Source: a virus. From it: DNA of 64,000 nucleotides. The stretch covers positions 1 through 64,000 of the IMG/VR virus record IMGVR_UViG_3300036832_000775. One strand, 5' to 3'. Shown here in pieces: positions 56,756 to 64,000 of the stretch; the first letter of the stretch is position 1; every line of letters begins with the position of its first letter. The notes under the pieces are model-generated. The model was not told where the DNA came from, searched no databases, and saw only the letters and a list, made by a program, of their open reading frames with translations. The translations under genes and the position numbers were made by a program.

Positions 56756-57016
56756 GTGGCCCTCTACACCGTCAAGCAACATCGGCCGGCCTATTTCGAG
56801 GGCTTCGACGACATGGTCGTCACCGCGGTCCCCGAGGCCGATTTCACGAACCCAAAGGTCCTGCCCTGGCTGAAGAATTTCATGCATGACGACGTCGAGG
56901 ACTACGCATTCGTCGAGTTTTACGTCGAGGACGGTTTCGGCACCGAGAAGCTCATCTCGGCGCGCTACAACAACGGCAAACACTGGGTCGCCGCCATCGC
57001 GCGGCCGGAGAAATGA
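56756..57016 (+). CDS. Counter-oriented hypothetical protein
   Basis: GGAGTCGA RBS, GTG start. Confidence 0.6.
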   Translation: MALYTVKQHRPAYFEGFDDMVVTAVPEADFTNPKVLPWLKNFMHDDVEDYAFVEFYVEDGFGTEKLISARYNNGKHWVAAIARPEK

Positions 57017-57219
57017 AGTATCGCGAAATGGAGTTCAGCTATCGCGAACTGCAGAAGTGCGCCGAGCGCGAGGCCGCGATGCGAACCAACGTCTACCGGC
57101 GGCACGGCAAGGGCCGGCCGTCGGACATGCGCGAGATTGAGATGATGCGCGTCATCGCCTCGCTGATGAAAGACATGGCCGACGGCCAGGACCTGACCGA
57201 GCTCGTCAAAAAATCATGA
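57013..57219 (+). CDS. Counter-oriented hypothetical protein
   Basis: CAEREAAMRTNVY..EIEMM motif; ATGA-coupled. Confidence 0.65.
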   Translation: MKYREMEFSYRELQKCAEREAAMRTNVYRRHGKGRPSDMREIEMMRVIASLMKDMADGQDLTELVKKS

Positions 57220-57654
57220 CTCATCGAGGCGGATGAGGCTAATGAAGCTAACCTTGTCGAGCGGGCAGGCGTAATAGGTCTCATCGTTGCCGGTAACGCT
57301 GTTCAGCTTGGTCACGCGATACCAGGTCTCCCAGGTTGTCTCCTCCATGATCATGACCGCCGCCTTGAGATCGGCGCTGATGCTCACCCAGGCATACACG
57401 TCCCCGACCGAGCGGTGGACCGATCGCACGCTGGAAACGAAGACTTCGCGAAACGGCCAGTCACGCCGGCCGCTGAAGGTGATCGTCAGCCCTTTGACCT
57501 CGAATCGGCGCCGCGGTCCGTTCTTCTGCCAGGCGAACAGATCGCCGCTGTCGGAGTACGCGCGGTGCTCGGCCGCCGTCGGAGCTTCCTCAGTCGGCTG
57601 AATCTCGACGGTGAACTTGCGCGTCTCATTCAGCCAATAGCCGAAAGCCCACAC
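57214..57654 (-). CDS. PD-(D/E)xK-like nuclease-fold protein
   Basis: DSGDLF..RFEVKG; frame open further upstream. Confidence 0.5.
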   Translation of the reverse strand: MWAFGYWLNETRKFTVEIQPTEEAPTAAEHRAYSDSGDLFAWQKNGPRRRFEVKGLTITFSGRRDWPFREVFVSSVRSVHRSVGDVYAWVSISADLKAAVMIMEETTWETWYRVTKLNSVTGNDETYYACPLDKVSFISLIRLDES

Positions 57655-57704
57655 ACTTGGCCTGTCGCTGCGCAGGCGCTCGAGGAAGAGCTCATGCTGC
57701 CTTG

Positions 57705-58040
57705 TCAGGCCGCCTCCTCCGGCTTGTTGGTCATTCTGAAGCGCACATAGGCGCGGATTCGATCGCCCTCACCCAGTCTTTGCTCGAGATCGGCGCGCAC
57801 CCGCCAGTAGCAGCGGCAGCCAGGCGAACCGAACACCGCGACCGCGCCGGCTAGCGCCTGGGTGATCGTCGAGATCCCGTCCGCATGGACGATGAGCTCC
57901 ATGTATTCCTCGCCGGTCTGACAGGTGCGCTGCTTCAGCCCGTCGAGAGGCTCGATCCCCTTCGCCTGCAGATGGGAATCGACGAAGGTCTGCACCGCCT
58001 TCTCCATCTCGAGCTCACCGCGGTTTTCGTGGAGCATCAT
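57705..58040 (-). CDS. Hypothetical protein
   Basis: coupled ORF. Confidence 0.55.
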   Translation of the reverse strand: MMLHENRGELEMEKAVQTFVDSHLQAKGIEPLDGLKQRTCQTGEEYMELIVHADGISTITQALAGAVAVFGSPGCRCYWRVRADLEQRLGEGDRIRAYVRFRMTNKPEEAA

Positions 58041-58139
58041 TGTCCGCCCGAAAGGCCTTCGACCCGAAATAAGCGCCCAGGAAGCTGCCGGCGAACGCCG
58101 ATAGAAACATCCAGGCGAGGTCCCACCAGGTCATTGTGA

Positions 58140-58448
58140 CTAGACCAACTGCAACTGCAACAACAACATTCCCGACTGGTTAATCATATACTCGAATGAG
58201 CCTGGGGGGCGATGCGGCGACTGCAAGCTGGGCAGATTGAACCCGTCGCCCAGCCCGCCATAAGTATGACCGAGAACCGCGAACAAGTCCGGGTAATCCC
58301 GCGCTGAGAGCCGAGCGCCGTTGCACACCAGAAGGCCGTTGCGACCGATGATTGAGGGTCGCCACGCCTTGACAGGCATCAGCGCGTCGAGGCGAAGGAT
58401 CGCCGGGGCGCTGACCAGTCCCAGAAGAAGACTACGCCGTCCAATCAT
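58140..58448 (-). CDS. Twin-arginine protein with tail-collar domain fragment
   Basis: MIGRRSLLLGLVSAPAILR; LLVCNG..DYPDLFAVLGHTYGG..FNLPSL. Confidence 0.65.
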   Translation of the reverse strand: MIGRRSLLLGLVSAPAILRLDALMPVKAWRPSIIGRNGLLVCNGARLSARDYPDLFAVLGHTYGGLGDGFNLPSLQSPHRPPGSFEYMINQSGMLLLQLQLV

Positions 58449-58665
58449 TGCAGCTCATCGATCGCCCGAATGATCGCGTCCTCGCCGAGGCTCAGCCACG
58501 CCTCGTCATGGAAGGCGTGAACCGCAAACCCCGCCTTGGCTAAATCGAGCGCGTGCTCCGGGTCCGAGCGCGCCGCAGCCTCACGTTTGCATATCGGCCA
58601 CAAAACTTGCAAATCGATCGCCCGTTGGTGCGCTCGCCACCAGCGCATCAGCAGGATCAGCAGGG

Positions 58666-59373
58666 TCATGGCGCCGCCACCTCGTTGAGGTCGCCCAACC
58701 CTTTCCCCTTCTTGGCGTCCCAGTCGACCCGATAGTGCCGCGGCTCCGGCCGGCCATGGTAGCGCCCCTCGCAACCCAACGGCTCAAGCGCCTCGCGCAA
58801 AATCTTGCCGCGACAGGGATGCTTGAGCATCCGCATCGCCTTGGCCTCAATCTGGGCCACCCGCGAGCGTGTTATGCCCCACATTTCGCCAATCTCCGTG
58901 AGCGTCTTCTCCTCGCAATCAATTCCGAACCGTATGCGCAAAATGCGCTCCAGCCTCGGCGGCAGCATGCCCAGCGCCTGGCGCACCGAGGCCACAGCCT
59001 GTTCCCGAATCATCGTCTCCTCGGCCGGTATCGCCAAAGTGCGCAGCGACGCCCCGAGCGCGGCAATCGACTCGATCTCTTCGAGATTCGCCTGGAACGC
59101 CACCCGGTTCTTGCGCAGCGGCGCTTCCAGATGCTGCGGCGGATACAACTCTTCCGGCATGCAGCCAAGAAAGGCCGAGAGCTTGGCGACGGGCTCGCGC
59201 CAGTCGCCCGTCGAAGCAAGCGCTGGCGCCTTGAGATTGGCGATGACGCCAAGCGTCGGGTTGGGAATGCCGCTCGCCCGCGCCAATGCCGCCAGGGTCG
59301 GGAAGCCGCTCTCGCGCATCTTGGTCAGCAACCGATTGTTGCGGACCCGCACGACGACTTCGTAGTCCTTCAC
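58666..59373 (-). CDS. HTH plus sigma70 region-4 domain transcription factor
   Basis: TLAALARASGI..; LPPRLERILRIRFGI..TLTEIG..ITRSRVAQIEAKAMRMLKHP. Confidence 0.8.
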   Translation of the reverse strand: MKDYEVVVRVRNNRLLTKMRESGFPTLAALARASGIPNPTLGVIANLKAPALASTGDWREPVAKLSAFLGCMPEELYPPQHLEAPLRKNRVAFQANLEEIESIAALGASLRTLAIPAEETMIREQAVASVRQALGMLPPRLERILRIRFGIDCEEKTLTEIGEMWGITRSRVAQIEAKAMRMLKHPCRGKILREALEPLGCEGRYHGRPEPRHYRVDWDAKKGKGLGDLNEVAAP

Positions 59374-60248
59374 GGCGTAACCCCGAGCCCCAGCGCGATC
59401 TCGCGAAGCAACCGCTCGATCGGCACAAGCCGGTCGCTCGTCACAATCAGCTCGCGAACCCCGCCACGAATCTGGTCAAGGCTCTCATTGAGCTTCCGCA
59501 GCTCCGCCGTCAGCTCCGCCACCGTCGCCACGTTCCGGATGTCCGCCTCCATCAGCGTCAGATCCGGCTCCTTGCCCTCGGCCATGCTGTTCAACCTCCC
59601 AGATCACTCCCAGCGCTCGGTCGAGCCGATCAATCGCCCGACAAATCAAAACCCGCGCCTCGACCCAATGCCCATCCTCCAACTCCGCCCTAACCAGATC
59701 CAGCATCCGCTGGGCGAAATCGAGATGGTTCATACCGGATCGAGCGGCGCCGCATAGGCGCCGTCCAAAGCCGTGCGCAGGATGGCGACGAAAGCGATCA
59801 CTTCGGCGTCGATCTCAAGGCCCTGGCAACGCAATTGCCATTCAGAGAGGACGTGATCTAGCATCCGCGCTTCATCCGGACGCAAGAGGAAGTCGACGGT
59901 AGGATCGGGGCGATCGTCCGGTTCTCCCTTTGTGCCGACGTTCATGGTTTAGCCCGCAACCACTTGCACCCAGCGAATGCAGATTCGCGATTAGACTACG
60001 CCAACCGACTACGTCGAAAGAGGTAGGTCAATGCTTCGTCTGCCAAGCGACCCACTCGTGCGCTGACCACCACCACATCGCCAGTTCGTAGTCGCGCCGC
60101 TCCGCGGCGCTCAACTCGCCCCACGTCTTGCCGTTGGGGCACGGCATCGTCAGCTGCGGCTCGCCGCTGGCCTCCCACCAACTGCGGGTAGACGACAGCT
60201 CCTCGCCAAGCTTGACCGCCTCTTCGCTGGTCATCATCCTCGGCTCCT

Positions 60249-61892
60249 TCAGATCGGATAGAGCGGCGCCGGCGGCATCGGCGACGCCATCAGCTCGGCA
60301 TAGTTCTCCATCTCCACCTCGGACGATTTCTTTAACAAGCCCCGATCGCGCAGCCACTTCAACGCCTGGCAGACCGCATCCGGAATATCGTCATGCTTGC
60401 CCTTGGGGAAAGAAGCCATCTGCGACATCGCCAGCTCCGCCCAGTCCCGCGGCCAGACCGCCCCATTCCCCTGCGTCTGCGCCGGCACCCACATGACCCC
60501 CTTGCGAATCGACCCGTCAGCCTCCTCCTCGCCCCACAAATGCGTCAGGGCATGCGCCCGCGCCACCTTGTCCATGTTCAGCGGGTCAATTCGCTGCACC
60601 GCAAACTCCTCGTCCCGCGTCAGCCGCTGCACCTCCTGCGCAACCGAAATCCCAGACCCCTTGTTCTCAATCAACAGCCGGTGAACCTTCAACTTCCGGC
60701 TGCCCTTGATCACCTCCGCAACCAAATCCGCCAGCGGCAGCCGCTTCTGCCAGCAGCTCATCAGCATCGCTTGCTGGACCCCATGATGATTGTTGAAAAC
60801 GCCCATAATCACGAACGCGGAATAATCGTTCTCCTGCTTCTCGCCATAGGCCGGGTCCAACGACCCCAAAATGATGTCAAAGTCCGGAAATTGGCTCTCG
60901 TTGCGCCCATAGGTCACCGCGATCGACCGCGACCACAGCTCCCACCCATTGTACGAAAATAGCCCGCCGCCCCGCGGCGCCGGCCGCTGCTGATACTGCC
61001 CAGCCCAAGCGAACTTCTCCATGTCCCGCTTGAGATTGTCGACCTCCTGCCGACCCCACCGCTCCGAAAACAAGAGCTCCCCATCCGACCGGCGAGGATC
61101 CGAAAACCCAATCGACGTCTCGCAATGCCGCCCGCTCTCGTACTCCATCGGCAAAACTAGCTGCACATAATCCGGCATGAACTCCTGGATCACCCCCGAA
61201 ATGTCCCCCTCATGCAATCGCTGCATGATCACAACAATCGCGCTCCGCGCCTGATCATTGAGCCGGTTCACCGCCCCCTCTCTGAACCTCCTGGTCGCCT
61301 TCTCCCGATCCGTCTGACTCTCCGCCTTCTCCACAGAGTGCGGATCATCGAGGATAAGCCGATCGCCGCGCCGACTCGTCAAACTCCCAAACGCAACCCC
61401 GTCCCGCGTCCCCGTCAGCGTGTTCTCAAAACTCAATTCCCCAAATCGCGTCAGCTCCACATGCGGCCAATGCCGCTGATACCAATCACTCGTCACCAAC
61501 GTCCGCATCTTCCGGACGTCCCGAACAACCGCCGTCTCCGCAAAAGAACTGGAGATATACCGGTAACTCGTCAGACCCTTCGGCCCCCACTCCCACGCCG
61601 GCCAAAACACGCTCACCAAAAGGCTCTTCGCGCTCCCAGGCGGGACATTGATCAGAAGCCGCGTGATCAGGCCGGCGGTGACAGCTTCGAGGTGCTCGCA
61701 AATCGCATCAATCAACCAACCGTGTACATACCGCCGGTTCGGCTCCAAAACATGCCAAGCCTCCTGAACAAACGCCGCAAAACTAACCCGACACTTCTCC
61801 CGAACCGTCGTGATGCTCTCCGACGCCTCGATCCGACTCACCCCCAATTCCCGCCGCATCAACTCCGCCACCACCGCCTCGTGACTCGGCAT
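60249..61892 (-). CDS. terL: Terminase large subunit
   Basis: LLINVPPGSAKS, LILDDPH, IMQRLHEGD, YQQRP, SLDPA..DYSA, IENKGSG, FPKGKHDDIPDA. Confidence 0.95.
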   Translation of the reverse strand: MPSHEAVVAELMRRELGVSRIEASESITTVREKCRVSFAAFVQEAWHVLEPNRRYVHGWLIDAICEHLEAVTAGLITRLLINVPPGSAKSLLVSVFWPAWEWGPKGLTSYRYISSSFAETAVVRDVRKMRTLVTSDWYQRHWPHVELTRFGELSFENTLTGTRDGVAFGSLTSRRGDRLILDDPHSVEKAESQTDREKATRRFREGAVNRLNDQARSAIVVIMQRLHEGDISGVIQEFMPDYVQLVLPMEYESGRHCETSIGFSDPRRSDGELLFSERWGRQEVDNLKRDMEKFAWAGQYQQRPAPRGGGLFSYNGWELWSRSIAVTYGRNESQFPDFDIILGSLDPAYGEKQENDYSAFVIMGVFNNHHGVQQAMLMSCWQKRLPLADLVAEVIKGSRKLKVHRLLIENKGSGISVAQEVQRLTRDEEFAVQRIDPLNMDKVARAHALTHLWGEEEADGSIRKGVMWVPAQTQGNGAVWPRDWAELAMSQMASFPKGKHDDIPDAVCQALKWLRDRGLLKKSSEVEMENYAELMASPMPPAPLYPI

Positions 61893-62391
61893 CGCGCTCG
61901 ACCTTGGCATGCTCGCCCTCAATCATCACTGGATGTCCCGCCAACGGCCGCAAAGCCCGCTCCAACTCAATCAGCTGCGGCACACTCAGCCGGCTCAAAT
62001 CCGGCCCATCTTCCCGATCCCCACGCGGCGCCGCCCAAATCGCACCCCCGCGCCGCTCTAACCAAAACTTCGCCATCCCAGGATCAGCCTGCCGCCAATT
62101 CTTCTCCGGACCCCCTACCCCCATCAAATACGCCGACTGCGCCATCTCATTCGTCCGCCTCGCGTCCCCCTTAATCATGCAATCCCGATACCGCCGATAC
62201 AGCCGATCCGGCGCCAATCCCGTCAGCAGGGAGATCTGCGCCGCTCCCAACCCGTTCGCACTCATCTCCTCAATCGAACGCTCCATGTCCGCAGCCGCAG
62301 CCCGACGCTTCAACGCCAAAGCCGCCGAACGCTCCGACGTCCCCGCCGCCCGCGGTCTCAAATTCTTTAATGACGTCTCGGATACGGACAT
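61783..62391 (-). CDS. terS: Terminase small subunit
   Basis: SLKNLRP; HTH-like; MAKFWLERRGG..W; DLSRLS; directly upstream of terL. Confidence 0.75.
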   Translation of the reverse strand: MSVSETSLKNLRPRAAGTSERSAALALKRRAAAADMERSIEEMSANGLGAAQISLLTGLAPDRLYRRYRDCMIKGDARRTNEMAQSAYLMGVGGPEKNWRQADPGMAKFWLERRGGAIWAAPRGDREDGPDLSRLSVPQLIELERALRPLAGHPVMIEGEHAKVERDAESRGGGGGVDAAGIGGESDRGVGEHHDGSGEVSG

Positions 62392-63224
62392 TGTTTTCGG
62401 GTCCCATCATATTTCCCGGAGAGGGTTAATCGGAATTTAGCTTCGTGGGGGCGCTCCCCCCCCCCTCTTCCACCCATGGGCACGCCATCATAGGGGCACG
62501 CATCGCGCCACGCATATGCCTGCCCTGCCTGGGCGCATGCAGATCCCAGGCGGCCTGGCGTCAACATCGCGCAGAGCGCATGCAATATCAAGCGCTTGCG
62601 CTGCGCCGGCGACGAGCTCGAGCTGCTGTACCCCAGCCTGTACCCCGATCGATGGCCGGCGCGAGCCGGCCTGGCGCGGGACGCCAGCCACGCGCCAAAC
62701 GACACTCGTTCAGTCCCGGCGGGTGAAGGACCTGGCGGGGGAAGAGTCGCGAAGGCAAACGCTGGGGCGCACTCTTTCTCTGGGAGCGAGGGACGGAGCC
62801 GAAAGCGGAGCGTCCCGTAGGGTTCGGCGAGGTCCTGAAGCGGGCAGAAAAGGACACTGGCGGGACATAGAGCGTCCTTGTTTGATCGTGCGCGCGGGAG
62901 AGCAGCTAACGATTCCGGACAGTGGTGGCGCGTCGGTTGGGACCTCGCTTCGCGCCGCCACAAGGGCGGTCGGTCCCGCCCTCTGCTGCCCGACGTGAGG
63001 GCATAACGGGCGGTGGAGGCTTGCCGCGCGCGCGCGAGGCGGCGCGGGGACAATGGCGATTTTGCTGGGTTGGGCAAAATCAATTTTTATAACCCTGTCA
63101 GGGCAAGCGCTTGCGAGGGCTGTGGCTGGGGTTTGGGATTGACCGAGCTGTGGGGCTGTAGATTGCTTTGGGGCTGTTCTGAGCGATTTATGGGGCTTGG
63201 CGGGGCCGTTCTGGCGTGCTTCAT

Positions 63225-63239
63225 TTGCATGGTCTGCAA
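63225..63239. promoter_or_regulatory. Operator-like palindrome TTGCA-N5-TGCAA
   Basis: TTGCATGGTCTGCAA followed by GGGAGG and ATG at 63256. Confidence 0.7.
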
Positions 63240-63255
63240 GCTTGGGAGGGCTGCA

Positions 63256-63462
63256 ATGGCGCCGAGGTATGCTCCTGCGATTTTCCCCGCTTTGGCTTCG
63301 TCTCCGATCAAACGGCGTCGTTTGGCCAAGGTGCGGCTGATGCGCGCCGATCGCTCCATCGCTCGCCGCGAGGCGCTCGCGCTTCAACGTCAATTTGGGA
63401 AGACTTGGGCCGAGGCGGAGGCCTGGGCCAATTCGCTCGTGCGAGGGGAATCCGATGAATGA
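63256..63462 (+). CDS. Small basic hypothetical protein
   Basis: GGGAGG RBS before MAPRYA. Confidence 0.45.
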   Translation: MAPRYAPAIFPALASSPIKRRRLAKVRLMRADRSIARREALALQRQFGKTWAEAEAWANSLVRGESDE

Positions 63463-63470
63463 TCCCCTTG

Positions 63471-63500
63471 CGATCCTAAGCGATCCTAAGCGATCCTAAG
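63471..63500. repeat. Tandem repeat (CGATCCTAAG)x3
   Basis: three perfect 10-bp units. Confidence 0.9.
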
Positions 63501-63516
63501 TGAGGGAGGAGCGGAA

Positions 63517-63705
63517 TTGAGCGAGAAACCGATTGTCGAGATCCGCGGGCTCGATATCCAGTGGATCGAGGTTTCGGGCGACCGCGAGGGGTTCGCGGAG
63601 GAGAAGGCGGCCTGGCGGATTCAGGTGCGGCGCGAGGGCGAAACCGAGTGGACGACGATCCCAGTGATCACGGTTGCTGGGCCGCCGGAGGACATGGAGA
63701 AATAG
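63517..63705 (+). CDS. Small acidic hypothetical protein
   Basis: GGAGGAG RBS, TTG start. Confidence 0.55.
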   Translation: MSEKPIVEIRGLDIQWIEVSGDREGFAEEKAAWRIQVRREGETEWTTIPVITVAGPPEDMEK

Positions 63706-63943
63706 CGCCTCTATCGTGGGAGAAAAAATTAACGTGGCCCATAGCAAGGACATCGCTCTGCGTAAGGCGCGCACAAAGGGCTATTGGAGGTGGAGGTGCC
63801 GCTGCGAACGGCTGGGCCTCGATTGGACCGATCGAGAGGTCCGGAGAGCTTACGCAGCCAATCCTCGCACCGGCCGCTTCCGCAACAAAGGCCTCTATTG
63901 GTGGCTGCATCCCGATGAGAACAAGGGCGGGGCGTAGAACCGT

Positions 63944-63988
63944 TGTCCCGGCAATGTCCCTCTTGTGTCCCGGGACAGAGGCGGGACA
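63944..63988. repeat. TGTCCC iteron-like array with 11-bp period
   Basis: TGTCCC at 63944, 63955, 63966; GGGACA at 63972, 63983. Confidence 0.8.
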
Positions 63989-64000
63989 AATCGCCTGCCT

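Larger units (their letters stand above)
1..64000. mobile_element. Tailed dsDNA bacteriophage (podovirus-like), near-complete genome, probable alphaproteobacterial host
   Basis: terS/terL, portal, scaffold, capsid, adaptor/nozzle, large ejection proteins and S74 tail fibres; no tape-measure or tail-tube cassette; no host housekeeping genes. Confidence 0.93.

Noticed and set aside
59964-59982. TTGCACCCAGCGAATGCAG as another operator
   Set aside because: Spacer is 8 nt rather than 5 and the right half-site is mismatched
62392-63220. ORFs predicted upstream of terS
   Set aside because: No RBS or motif support; composition suggests a non-coding control or terminus region
63471-63500. Repeat as CRISPR array
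   Set aside because: 10-bp units with no spacers and no cas genes

Overview
The window is essentially a whole GC-rich (about 65% by eye) tailed dsDNA phage genome with podovirus-type architecture. The host is probably an alphaproteobacterium (Rhizobiales-like), inferred from PEPxxWA-CTERM proteins, a GapR-like gene and RecT/YqaJ. Layout: a leftward replication block (N6-MTase, ParB-like, AAA_25 helicase, Zn-finger/TOPRIM primase, RuvC-like, GapR-like, Cro-like; 0.7-7.3 kb); a rightward early block (YqaJ, RecT, HTH and small genes; 7.5-14.1 kb); and one long leftward late block (terS, terL, sigma70-region-4 protein, portal, polyvalent virion protein, Acb2-like, GroES-like, scaffold, major capsid, adaptors, two S74 tail fibres, nozzle, giant ejection proteins, collar protein, two PEP-CTERM proteins; 14.3-62.4 kb). 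No integrase, DNA polymerase, tRNA, CRISPR array or canonical lysis cassette was seen. Main findings: (1) about 30 or more copies of a [R/F/Y]-[A/Q]-x-G-G peptide motif occur in head-internal proteins and sit exactly between the enzymatic domains of a 1343-aa virion protein, suggesting a di-glycine processing or sorting system, with a candidate reader at 27927-28664; (2) seven perfect TTGCA-N5-TGCAA palindromes lie just upstream of genes, three of them paired with an identical GGAGTCGA ribosome-binding site on counter-oriented moron genes; (3) small twin-arginine proteins carry copied fragments of the phage's own capsid and collar proteins; (4) there is a candidate sRNA, a twin-loop RNA leader before the capsid genes, and an 11-bp-phased iteron array near a sharp strand-skew switch. 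Family names come from motif recognition and recall, not from database searches.
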